The translations under genes were made by a program, and so were the position numbers. Below are positions 1-12,400 of a stretch of 64,000 bases of DNA, one piece after another. The stretch spans positions 109,244,001 to 109,308,000 of the forward strand of contig OZ024742.1 in the NCBI GenBank assembly GCA_964016885.1, given 5' to 3'. Positions within the stretch are counted from its first letter, which is position 1; each line of letters opens with the position of its first letter. The notes under the pieces are model-generated. The model had not been told where the DNA came from. It did not search any database and was given only the letters and a program-made list of their open reading frames with translations. The stretch is from Eledone cirrhosa (taxonomy: Eukaryota).

Positions 1-161
1 CGGCCTATCACAACTGGAGACAGATTGTGACGACGAGGAGTGGGAAACGGTATCAGGAAAAAAAAAAGAAACCAAAAAAGAAAAAATTCTCTTCCTTCCC
101 CCTCCAAAAACAAAATACAGAGGGAAACAAATAAATTAAAAACAAAAAAGTTAGGACAGAT

Positions 162-623
162 ATGCCACCATCCACACCAGCATCACCAACCCCATCACCC
201 CAAACACCAACACCATCACCATCATTAACCCCAACACCACCATCACCTACACCACAAAAGTCACCAAAATGCGAAACAGAAACAAACCCACAACAAACGC
301 AAACAAAACAAAACAACCAAAACGATACACACTACACAGCATTAAATTTGAACAACAAGCAATTATTACACTACATCCAACACAACACCAGCATCACAGA
401 AAAAGACTACACAACAACCCCAAAATTCACACCACCTCCACACATACAAATAACTCGCATCACACAGAAAACGTACATGACACTAAAACAAAAATTCCCC
501 AAAGACATCGGAGACTTCCGACAAGCACTCTCCAGGAGGATTTATAAGGACATCCTTCCTGAGGAGGCCACAAGCAGTGAAAAGGATGGAAAAACCGTCC
601 TTCCTCTACGAGAAGTAAGGTAA
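162..623 (+). pseudogene. ORF1 C-terminal part of copy A
   Basis: P/T-rich linker then a ~100-aa block homologous to the ORF1 ends of copies B and C; directly upstream of ORF2. Confidence 0.75.
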
Positions 624-657
624 GTGGTCTTTCCCATCTTTTCCACTCCTTTTCAAC

Positions 658-3600
658 ATGATCTCACTCAGAATAGGCAGCATAAATGCGCGTGGCTTGG
701 GATCGTCATGGAAGCAGGGCCACCTGCTCAACGACCTCAGGTCACTAAACATAGATGTAGTGGCCATCAGCGAGACCAGAATCTCCGAAGCACGGGCCTT
801 CGCACCGATCTTCGGCAGCTACGATGTGTACGCATCTCCCAGCCGTCCGGGATCGGGGGGAGGAGTTGCTGTGCTTTTTCGGAGAGGTTTGGATCTTGCC
901 ATACGGGCCATCTTCCTGGACCCAGAAGGTAAGTTGGTGGTGCTGGACGTGACCAGCGGAGACGGGCAAGCTTTCAGGTTAGTGGCCGTCTATGCCCCGA
1001 CAGGAGCAGGGCGGCCTGATTTCTTCCAGCGTCTAGAGACCTTTCTTGGAACGTCCCGCTCTTTAGTGTTAGTGGGCGACTGGAACGGGATCATAGATGC
1101 ACGCTGGGATTGTGTGGGATTAGTGGATAGGGAAGGAGGGTGCAAGAGTCTCACGAACCTGCTCAGGCGTTTTGAACTGTCTGATAGGTACCGATTTGAT
1201 TTCCCGAATGTACCAATGTGGACTTGGACAAATCGCATAGGGTCATCCAGATCATATCTAGATAGAGTATTTTGTAGGGAAATAGATAGGTCTAGCATAG
1301 GCTGTCCACAATTCAAGATAGTCAGCTACACAGTCCACAAATTCATGATCTGTGTGCTTGACTTAGATAGGCTTCATAGACGAGGACCCGGCTACTGGAA
1401 GCTAAACGCGTCCTTACCAGCACGCAAGGCCTACAGAGACCAGATTAGCGAACTAGTTAAGCGGGCGTTGACGGGACCCATCGTCAACAACAAGTGGTGG
1501 TTTGCTCTGAAAAGAGCAATTAGAATAGAGTCCATTAGGTTTAGTAAGGCTTTAGCAATAGAGAAAAATAGAGCAGAGGGAGAATTAGTTAGAAAATTAG
1601 ACAAGGCGCTTTGCAAAGGCATCGCGACCGACATACTTGCGGCGAAATTGGCCCTTGACCAATTCTTCAATGCAAGCACGAAGGCTACGTTGTCAGAGCT
1701 AGGGTGCGTGCTCTCAGACACGAGGGGACGAAAGCCGTTCAATGGGCCCGTGTGGCGGAGGCGCGTCATGGCAACAAAGCCACGATCCGGTCTTTGGTGG
1801 ACCACGACGGGCGCAAGCTACTCGATCCCGGGCAAATGTGTGAAGCTTTTCAGTGACACTTCGCTCAACTGTTCGGGGGCAGTGGCGGGCCGGATCAAGG
1901 GATGGACTTTAGTGTCTACCTCGACGGACTGCCGCGGCTCTCGGCCACTGAGGCGGAGTGTTGCGAAAAGCCGATAACAGCCGCTGAAGTACGGGAGGCA
2001 ATGACTGGTTGCACAAGGGGTAAATCGCCTGGTTTGGATGGTCTGAACTATGAACTTTACGTAAAAATTCCAGACTTGTTCGGAGGCCTCTTGGCGGACG
2101 TCTACTGCAACTGGCAACAGAACGGGAGAATTCCCAGCTCTGTGAGCCGAGGAGCGGTGACGCTGCTGAGAAAGGATCAGAACAAGGGGGATAACATAGA
2201 TAATTTTAGGCCCATAACTCTGCTAAACACAGAGTTCAAGATTTTGGCCAAGATGCTAGCAAAGAGGTTGGCGCTTGTCGTTGGTGGTCTGGTGGGAGAG
2301 GCGCAGACATGCGCCATTCCCGACAGATCCATCCACGACAACCTCCACCTCATGCGATACATCGTAGAGAGGGTAGCTAGGGAACCTGGCACGGGTGGGT
2401 CTTTGATCAATTTAGATCAGTCGAAAGCCTTCGATAGGGTCGACCATCGTTACCTAGCGGCAGTCATGAGGGCGGCTGGCTTTGGGCCCGTCTTCAGAGG
2501 CTGGATCGCTGCCATGCACAGCGACATCTGCTCTGTAGTGAGAGTGAACGGTCACCTTTCGGAACCGTTCAACATCATGCGCTCGGTCCGCCAAGGATGT
2601 CCCCTCTCGTCCCTATTGTACGTATTGACTCTCGAGCCATTACTGCACAAACTGGAGACGTTGAGGAGGGTACCGCGCGAACTAGGATGCGGAAGATCCG
2701 TGTCAGCATATGCGGACGATGTCACCGTAGTGGTGTCGAACGCCAAACACATCGAGACGATCGGCACTACACTAAGAGAATACGAAGCGGTGACAGGAGC
2801 AATGATCAACCAGGAAAAGTCAGTGGGCCTGCAGCTCGGCACCTGGAGAGGCAGGTCCATGCCGTCCAACAGCGTCGTCGGGCGCTGGACGGACGGACGG
2901 ACCGGTTAAATTGTTAGGGGTCTGGTTCGGTCCAGACCTCCAGACGGACAAAAACTGGGACGAGGTGACGAGCAGGGTGGCTTCTCTCACCCAGAAATGG
3001 GCCGAGAGGAAGCTATCCCTGAAATGTCGAGCGGAGGTGGCTAACTCGTACATCGCGTCCGTCATCTACTACCGCCTGACCTAAGCCCCGCCTGACTGCG
3101 CTGGAGCGTTTGCTCTTTCGCTTTTTGTGGAAGGGACGCGCTCCGATGGTCAGGTGGTCCATCTGCTGTCAACACCCGCTACGTGGAGGGCTGGGCATGC
3201 TGTGGCTGATGATGCGCAGACACGCGCTCAGGCTGGGACATCTCCACCTCTTCCTCGACGGTGATCAGGTGTGGTCGCCGTTTGCTAGACGCGTCTTTCC
3301 CCAGCTCGTCTCCTTGACGGAGCTGCAGTCCTGGGTCAAGCGAAGACCAAGAGAGAGCGCTTGGAGACTGGAATGTCTTCAGGCGCTGACAGCCCTCGAC
3401 CAATTGGGCAATGTGATTGGTGGAAACTCCACCTTGGCGTTCTATAGAGGATTAGTGGAGGGGAAGAGCGTCGACGAAAATCAACTAGCCAATCTCTTCG
3501 GACGGACTTTCGGGCCGGGGCCTATGGACAACTTCCAGGAATCCCTGGCCTGGCAGTGCTACCGTGGAGCTTTGCCAATTCGGGATAAACTCTACAGGCA

Positions 3601-4039
3601 TGGAGGTGCCGTCAGCCGGGCATGTCCGAGATGCGCGCAGGGCGACGAAACTGTCCTGCACGCACTCGTCCAGTGTCCGAGCATTGCTGACTTGTGGGTT
3701 TATGTCGAACACCTGCTGTCACGTGTAGGACGGATCCAGCTATCAGCTGAGTCCATCGTGAGGATTGCCCCGCCCCCTTCCTTTAGCCGGGAAGGGCAGG
3801 CAGTTTGTATCTGTCTGGTGGCCATGGCGAAAGAGATAGTATGGTGGACACGTTTGAAAGGGCTGAAGACGAGCACTTGCCTCTTCGGTGATGCCCTGAT
3901 TAACTTTTTCAAATTTCATTTGAAAAGGAAAATCAGGGTAGAGATGGAAGTGCTCTCTTCCCAGCATTTTGTTGAAAGATAGGTGAGAGAAGCAAGTATG
4001 GCCCGAATGAATGGGCCTTCTCTGAGTATGTGTCTGTAA
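658..4039 (+). pseudogene. ORF2 (APE endonuclease-RT-zinc motif) of copy A, disrupted
   Basis: SINARG, SET, VYAP, GDWN, SYLD (APE); SPGLDG, FRPITLLNTEFKI, DQSKAFDRV, RQGCPLS, YADD (RT); CPRC..ETVLHALVQC. Frameshifts near 1675, 2898, 3080; stops at 1854 and 3980. Confidence 0.92.
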
Positions 4040-4281
4040 ATTAAAGGTGGAAAACTGGGAGAGGGCACTTGCCCTGGTGGTGAGGGTCACTGTGGTCTTT
4101 TAATGGGCTTTCTCCACAAATGTCCCTCGGAAGTCTCCCCCCTATTGGGGAATTTTTCTTTGTTATTTTATTACATCCTCTGTTTTTTTACACGCAGAAA
4201 TGCCCATTTGTACCGTCCTGTATTGTCCTGTACTGTCCTTAATATCTACTTTATGTAAACCCTTGTGGTTAATAAAGAAAA

Positions 4282-4330
<49 letters not shown>

Positions 4331-4526
4331 GAATACCATGGTTGACGGAGGCTCGACTCTGTAAGGTATAACAATTGTAAATTGTTTAAAACTTGAACTA
4401 AATTGTAGATAAAAACACCTCCTCCTCGTGAGAGGGGTCTTTCTGCCCGTTATTTGGCCCTTCGGGGTTAAAAAGCCGCTTATTGGAGTTTTGTGCCCAA
4501 TATTCATTTTAAACCCTAAAAAAAAC

Positions 4527-4881
4527 ATGGCTACAAAAAAGTATTTTCACAAGTCACTCCCACTCATTCCGTCTTCTTCTTCCTCAATCGTCTCTCCCTC
4601 CCTTCTCTAAATGTGATGTCGCCTCTTTCGCAAGCGACGCCATTAAAGAAAAAGAAAAATATAGTTTCTGGTAGATTTCACCAAGAGAACGTGCATACCG
4701 TGGAACATTTCTCCACGACGACGACAACGACGAAAAATGTGTGCGGTAAATACGGAAAGCCATTTCACTCGTCTGACGTCATGAAGAATAGCAGCAGTAG
4801 CCGTAATAACAGCAGCAGCAGTAACAGTGACAAGGAAAACACTAGTAGCAGCCGCAACAATATCACCAGCAGCATAAATAA

Positions 4882-4913
<32 letters not shown>

Positions 4914-6627
4914 ACAACAACAACAGCAGCAGCAGCAACAACATCAACCACAGCAACAGCGGCGGCGGCGGTCGTAGTACCAGCAGCAACAACAAAAGTA
5001 ACAGCAGCTCTGACTACAACAACAACAACAACAACAAGAAAGAAAAACCAATCTCGTTTGCAGGTATCGCAAAGAACCTGGAAACCATCCTTATAACAAA
5101 TGAGGAATTACAGGAAGCAAAGAAGATGGTGATGAAAACCGGACACCGAGCAATCTGCAAGGCAGCCGAAAACATTTTCGAAACCCAACAGCACTGTACA
5201 GTCACGTACCGGACAGTAAGCACAAAATCACGTAGGGTTGAATGAGCCACAGAGGCTCAAATACAAAAAGCCTTAGGGTTTGTGTGGCAGCGGAAAACGC
5301 ATATCACTCTAGGCATGCCACCGTGGGCGTGCTTTCTGCCACACCCCAGGAGTCAAAGGCTCAATCCTTAGTGACCCTAAGGAGCGAGGAAATGGTGTTG
5401 GTGCCCTCCTACTGCGGACAAAAAATTGTGAGAGTCAAACTGACCCACGTCCCCCCGGGATAACCCCTTCTTGGTTGGCCGCGTGTGTCCTCGTCGGAAT
5501 CGAGGACAAAACAACTGTACTGCAAGTACAGAAAAAAGTACGAGAAGATTGGGTGGTCACCTCCATTGAGATGTTAATTCAAACCAGGAGTGCATCGAAG
5601 CTATCCCGGATGTGATAAACTTCGATAACGGTACTCAACTGCCCATAAGTGTTGAGGGCAAACGCCAGAAATACTTTCGCTGTGGGTCGAAGACTCACCT
5701 CAGCGCCTTCTGCAATGAGAAGACCCTGAGAAAGGAGAAAACCCACCTCCTTCCAAAACAGGCTCCACTGCTACCAGCAACAGGACAGGCGGCAAGTAGG
5801 AAGGATAGGTCCGTGGCACCCATACCCATGCCACGGAAATCAAGAACAGCAGCAGCAGTGGAAGTATTAACAACAACAACAGTAATACCAACTGCAGCTG
5901 CAACAGAGACTCCACTGCAAACATCACCAACAAGTGAAAGAGTGGAGCTGGTACCCCTCCCCGACCTCACAGATCGGACATGGAGTGTGAGGTGGGAGAG
6001 GGATGTCAAAAGGTCGCAAGAAGGCACAAACGCAGAATCAGCGCATCGTCGCCTTCGAAAAGGGAGGGAAGAAATGAAAAAAGGGTAAAGGCTACTGCAA
6101 AGAGACTTACAGCAGCAACACCACCAACACCACCACCACCGGCGGCAACCCCACTGCCAACAACAACAACATCTTCAACACAACCACCACAAGCACCAAC
6201 ATCGCAAACACAACAACAAAACACACACACCCAGCAACAACGACAAGAAAATAGCAGAACCACACCCCACCACCAGAAAAAGAAATGCACAGCAATAAAT
6301 ACACACAACAAGAAACTAATGACTTACATAGTTGAACACACAGACATTTCACAGCACGACTACATAATACCAGCACCAATCAAAACACCAACGAACATAA
6401 GACTGGTAAGAATAGCACAGAAACAATACACAAACATTAAAATAAAATTCCCCAACGCAGTTGGTGATTTCAGAGACCTAGGAGGGACACTCAAGCGGAG
6501 AGTATATTCGGATATACTCACAGAAGAGCCGACGACCAGCCGAAGGAACGATTCAACGGTCCCTTCACCAGACAATCAAGTGAAAAGGGATGGAGAAACC
6601 ATCCTTCCTCTACGAGAAGTAAGGTAA
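4527..6627 (+). pseudogene. ORF1 of copy B (frameshifted)
   Basis: Broken ORFs 4613-5245, 5242-5463, 5612-6088, 5980-6627; S/N-rich region, SFAGIAK motif, zinc knuckle, conserved C-terminal block. Confidence 0.75.
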
Positions 6628-6661
6628 GTGGTCTTTCCCATCTTTTTCACTTCATTTCAAC

Positions 6662-9044
6662 ATGACCTCACTCAGAATAGGCAGCATAAATGCGCGTGGC
6701 TTGGGGTCATCATCGTAGCAGGGCCACCTGCTCAACGACCTCAGGTCACTAAACATAGATGTAGTGGCCATCAGCGAGACCAGAATCTCCGAAGCACGGG
6801 CCTTCGCACCGATCTTCGGCGGCTACGATGTGTACGCATCTCCCAGTCGTCCTGGATCGGGAGGAGTTGCTGGGCTTTTTCGGAGAGGTTTGGATCTCGC
6901 CATACGGGCCATCTTCCTGGACCCAGAAGGTAAGTTGGTGTTGCTGGACGTGACCAGCGGAAACGGGCAAGCTTTCAGGTTAGTGGCCGTCTATGCCCCG
7001 AAAGGAGCAGGGCCGTCTGATTTCTTCCGTCGTCTGGAGACCTTTCTAGGAACATCCCGCTCTTTAGTGTTAGTGGGCGACTGGAACGGGATCTTAGATG
7101 CACGCTGGGATGTGTGGGATTAGCGGATAGAGAAGGAGGGTGCAAGAGCCTCACAAACCTGCCCAGGCGTTTTGAACTGTCTCAAAGGTACCGATTGGAT
7201 TTGGCGAATGTGCCAATGTGGACTTCGACAAACCGCATCGGGTCATCCAGATCATATCTAGATAGAGTATTTTGTAGGGAAATAGATAGGTCTAGCATAG
7301 GCTGTCCACAATTCAAGATAGTCAGCTACACGGACCACAAATTCATGATCTGTGTGCTTGACTTAGATAGGCTTCATAGATGTGGACCCGGCTATTGGAA
7401 GCTAAACGCGCCCTTACCAGCGCGCAAGGCCCACAGAGACTGGATTAGAGAACTAGTTAAGCGAGCGTTGAGGGGGCCCATTGTCAACAACAATTGGTGG
7501 TTTGCTCTGAAAAGAGCGATTAGAATAAAGTCTATTAGGTTTAGTAAGGCTTTAGCAATAGAGAAAAATAGAGCAGAGGGAGAACAAGTTAGAAAATTAG
7601 ACGAGGCGCTTAGCAAAGGCATCGCGACCGACATACTTGCGGCGAAATTGGCCCTTGACCAATTCTTCAATGCAAAGCACGAAGGCTGCGTTGTCAGAGC
7701 TAGGGTGGGTGCTCTCATACACGAGGGGATGAACTCCGTTCAATGGGCCCGAGTGGCGGAGGCGCGTAGTAGCAACAAAGCCACGATCCGGTCTTTGGTG
7801 GACCACGACGGGTGCATGCTACTCGATTCCGGGCAAATGTGTGAAGCTTTTCAGCGACACTTCGCTCAGCTGTTCGGGGGCAGCGGCGGGCTGGATCGAG
7901 GGATGGACTTTAGTGTCTACCTCGACGGACTGCCGCGGCTCTCGACCACTGAGGCGTGTGTTGCGAAAAGCCGATAACAGCCGCTGAAGTACGGGAGGTA
8001 ATGACTGGCTGCACAAGGGGTAAATCGCCTGGTTTGGATGGTCTGCCCTATGAACTTTACGTACAGATGCCAGACTTATTGGCGGACGTCTACTGCAACT
8101 GGAAATAGAACGGGAGAATTCCCAGCTCTGTGAGCCGAGGAGCGGTGACGCTGCTGAGAAAGGATCCGAACAAGGGGGATAACATAGATAATTTTAGGCC
8201 CATAACTCTGCTAAACACAGAGTTCAAGATTTTGGCCAAGGTGCTAGCAAAGAGGTTGGCGCTTGTCGTTGGTGGTCTGGTGGGAGAGGCGCAGACATGC
8301 GCCATTCCCGACAGATCCATCTACGACAACCTCCACCTCATGCGATACATCGTAGAGAGGGTGGCTAGGGAACCTGGTACGAGTGGGTCCTTGATCAATT
8401 TAGATCAGTCGAAAGCTTTCGATAGGGTCGACCATCGTTACCTAGCGGCAGTCCTGAGGGCGGCTGGCTTTGGGCCCGTCTTCAGAGGCTGGATCGCTGT
8501 GATGCACAGCGACATCTGCTCTGTGGTGAGAGTGAACGGTCACCTTTCGGAACCGTTCAACATCATGCGCTCGGTCCGCCAAGGATGTTCCCTCACGTCC
8601 CTCCTGTACGTATTGACGCTCGAGCCATTACTGCACAAACTGGAGACGTTGAGGGGGGTACCGCGCGAACTAGGATGCGGAAGATCCGCGTCAGTATATT
8701 CGGACGATGTCATCGTAGTGGTGTCGAACGCCAAACGCATCGCGGCGATCGGCACTACACTAAGAGAATACGAAGCGGTGACAGGAGCAATGATCAACCA
8801 GGAAAAGTCAGTGGGCCTGCAGCTCGGCACCTGGAGAGGCAGGTCCATGCCGTCCAACAGCGTCGTCGGGCGCTGGACGGACGGACCGGTTAAATTGCTA
8901 GGGGTCTGGTTCGGTCCGGACCTCCAGACGGACAAAAACTGGGACGAGAAGGAAGTGCTCTCTTCCCAGCATTTTGTTAAAAGATGGTTGAGAGAAGCAA
9001 GAATGGCCCGAGTGAATGGGCCTACTCCGAGTATGTGTCTGTAA
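6662..9044 (+). pseudogene. ORF2 of copy B (APE-RT), disrupted
   Basis: Same motifs as copy A; several frameshifts; YSDD; deletion after the thumb region. Confidence 0.9.
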
Positions 9045-9293
9045 ATTAAAGGTGGAAAACTAGGAGAGGGCACTTGCCCTGGTCGTCAGGGTCACTGTGG
9101 CCTTTTAATGGGCTTTCTCCACAAATGTCCCTTCGAAGTCTCCCCCCTATTGGTGAATTTTTCATTGTTAATTTTTGTTACATCCTGTTTTTTGTTTTTT
9201 TTACACGCAGAAATGCCCATTTGTACCGTCCTGTATTGTCCTGCTCTGTTCTTAATGTCTACTTTATGTAAAGCCTTGTGGTTAATAAAGAAA

Positions 9294-9337
<44 letters not shown>

Positions 9338-9468
9338 GTTCTTTGAGTCTCAGTCATTAATGTTATTTAACTGGAAATGAATATCAAGCCGCTACCTGCA
9401 GCCTCAGACATTCAGGACGTATCGGAGGGTTCTCGCTGTTCCCAGCAAGCATGCCTTTTGAAGTGTTA
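9338..9468 (-). mobile_element. 3' end of an R4/Dong-like REL-endonuclease LINE in a (TAA)n tract
   Basis: Minus strand reads ITLQKACLLGTARTLRYVLNV*, matching the R4-clade C-terminus (LQKxxLLGTARILRxVL); short 3' UTR; TAA repeats on both sides. Confidence 0.7.
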
Positions 9469-9483
9469 TCATTATTATTATTA

Positions 9484-12400
9484 CATGGACGCACATGTAT
9501 GAAGACGTACATGTCTGCGGGGGGAAAGGTTCGTAACTTTAAACTGTTTTAAAGTATCATTTTTTGTATTTTCTTGTCGTTAACGAAACATAAGGTACCC
9601 CCCTTGGTTCCAAGGAAGGGAGACCTCTTAATATTCGGGCTTTGAGCCCGATTATTCAGATTTATTTTTAAAAACTTCGAAAAATATCGCTTCCCCACAA
9701 AAAAAATATGGAAATTTTCGACCTTGAAACGGTAAACAACGTTCTGGTCAAAAGTTCAAAAACAATCACTGTAGATCTCACCACAACTACGACTACTACA
9801 GACATGTCTTTCGACCATTCCACTGAATGTGAAGGCAAAACACAAAAGATGCCATCACAACCGCTCCCTTCTGTGTTAGTAGCAGTATCATCTTAAAACG
9901 ACATCACCACCACCACCTGCAGGACGGGACAACAATCCAACTAGTCACTGAGGGAGGAAGGCCCCACTGCTTCGTCTGCGGGGAAGCAACGCATCTGCAA
10001 GCCTTCTGCCCGCAGCGTAAACATTCAGGGGGTCACAAACCTCCTTTGTTGCCAACGCCAATGTCAGCATGGAAAGCTGCACCACCACCACCAAAAACAA
10101 CACCAACAAAGACACGGACACCAACTTCAAAAGCAGCCGGACCACCACCAACACCGAAACCAATCCAAGGGGAAAACGAGGAAAGCTCTCCCACTCCCCT
10201 ACCCCTCCAATTATACACATAGACAAAACAATAAACGCACACACAGACACAGAGACACTCACAGCCACAGACCCTTTGTCTTCCAGCAGCGAAGATGAAG
10301 TAAAACCCCAAAGTGCAAAAAAACCCAGAAAACTCACAAAAAATAAGCCCCAACAAAACACAAAAACATTCACAACAAAAAAACAAAAAATACAGACACC
10401 ACTAACGCAAACCTTCCCCAATAACATCGGCAACAACAGCAACATCGACACCACCCCCACAATCCCCGAAATGCAAACAACCTAAACAAACACAAGTACA
10501 AATAAACACACAAATACCTGAAATTGCAGACACCACACCTACAACAAACACAGACATACCCGAAACAACACCACCAAAACCTTCACCACCACAGTTACCA
10601 AAACGAAAACAAATAAAACCACACCAACAAAATGTTAAAAACTTCGTGCTTGTCAGAAGGGCCAACGATAAACTGATGGCCCTCTTAGCACGAAGCGAGG
10701 ACATTCAAACAGAGGGAGATATCTTTGAAATGAGCACATTTTGCGTGCCAGAAGATTTGCTTCTGGTCCGAATGTCACTCGATTCCTTCAAATAAATTCG
10801 GAAGAGCTTTCCTCAAGACGTGGGAACCCCGAATGTGAAACCCACATCGAGACTTAAAGGGGTTCCAAAAGAAACCCCACCAACCATGGAGGTCGAACCA
10901 CCCGACCTTCACAAGACCTCGGGAGGTAAGTAAACCTTCCCTCTCTCTTTTAGCTTGCCAACATAGACATATTAAGAGTAGGAAGTTTAAATGTTCGCGG
11001 GCTAGGGTCACCCTGGAAGCAGGGTCGCCTGCTCAACAACCTCAGGTCGCTGGAAATGGATGTGATTGCCGTCAGCGAGACCAGAATTTCCGACACGCGT
11101 GCACTAGCCCCAATTTTCGACGACTATCAGATCTTCGCATCTGTTAGCAGGCCAGGAATGGGAGGTGGGGTGGAAGTGATGTTTAGGAAAGGACTGGATC
11201 TCGAGATAAGTTCGATCTTCCGGGACCCGGACGGTAAGTTGGTGGTCTTGGATGTGAGCAGTAGCGAAGGTGGTGCCTTTAGACTGCTGGCCGTCTACAC
11301 CCCTACAGGGGCCGGACGACCGGACTTCTTTAGGCGCCTGGAGACCTTTCTGGGTACGTCTCGCCCATTACTGCTACCGGGGGACTGGAACGGCATCTTA
11401 GACACACGCTGGGATTGTGTGGGAGTAGCCGATAGGAGCGGGGGGTGCAAAAGCCTCAAGCACCTAATCAGCCAGTTCCAACTGTCTGACAGGTATCGAC
11501 TAGATTTCCCCAATGCGCCAGTATGGACATGGACCAACTGCATGGGGTCATCTAGATCTTCATTAGGAAAATAGATAGAAATAGTGTAGGATGCCAACTT
11601 TTTAGAACGGTCGCCTTTTCAGATCAAAAATTTGTGATCTGTATGGTCGACCTAGATAAAACGCGTAGGTTGGGACCGGGTTTCTGGAAGCTGAACATGT
11701 CATTTCCGGTAAGTAAGGCTTATAGGGACCGAGTCAACAATTTAGTTAAGCAAAAGTTGACAGGGGGATCATCAACAACGGATGGTGGGGGGCGCTCAAA
11801 AGAGAGATTAGAATAACTTCGATAGAGTTCAGCAAAGAACTAGCGTTAGAGAAAAATAGAAAGGAGGAGGAGGAGCTGGTAGATAAGTTAGACGAGGCTA
11901 TTTGTAGTGGCATTGCAACTGACGTGCTAGCGGCGAGAATGGCATTAGACCATTTCTTCAATGTGAAACACGAAGGTTGCATTGTCAGAGCTAAGGCGCG
12001 TGCGCTGAGAAACGAGGAACCAAAGCTGTTCGATGGACCCGCGTGGCGGAGGCACAGCGTGGTAATAAAACCACAATTCGGTCTTTGGCGGACCGAGAGG
12101 GACATGAGATAAGCGATTCCAAGTGGATGTGTGAGGCCTTTCGCCAGCACTTTGCTCGGTTGTTCGGGGAGAGTGGCGAGTCAGAGAGAGTAGCGGATTT
12201 CAGTCCCTACCTTGACGGCTTGCCGCGCATCTCGACGGTCGACGCTGAGCGCTGCGAAATGTCGATTACTTCAGCTGAAATTCAGGACGCTCTTGTCGGC
12301 TGCATGAGGCACAAGTCACCCGGTTTGGATGGCCTGCCCTACAAGCTTTACGTAAATATGCCAGACTTGTTCTCCGATCTCCTCGAAGCACTCTACTGCA

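Larger units (their letters stand above)
1..4330 (+). mobile_element. Tx1/L1-clade non-LTR retrotransposon copy A (5' end outside window), ends in (TTA)n
   Basis: ORF1 C-terminus ends 623; ORF2 from 658 has APE, RT and a C-terminal CxxC..H..C motif; 3' UTR with AATAAA then (ATT)n 4283-4330. Confidence 0.92.
4331..9337 (+). mobile_element. Tx1/L1-clade LINE copy B, 5'-complete, ~1-kb internal deletion
   Basis: Starts right after an (ATT)n tract; ~195-nt 5' UTR; ORF1 ~4527-6627 with gag-like knuckle (FRCGSKTHLSAFC); ORF2 highly similar to copy A; deletion junction at 8947/8948 with gag microhomology; (ATT)n tail. Confidence 0.92.
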
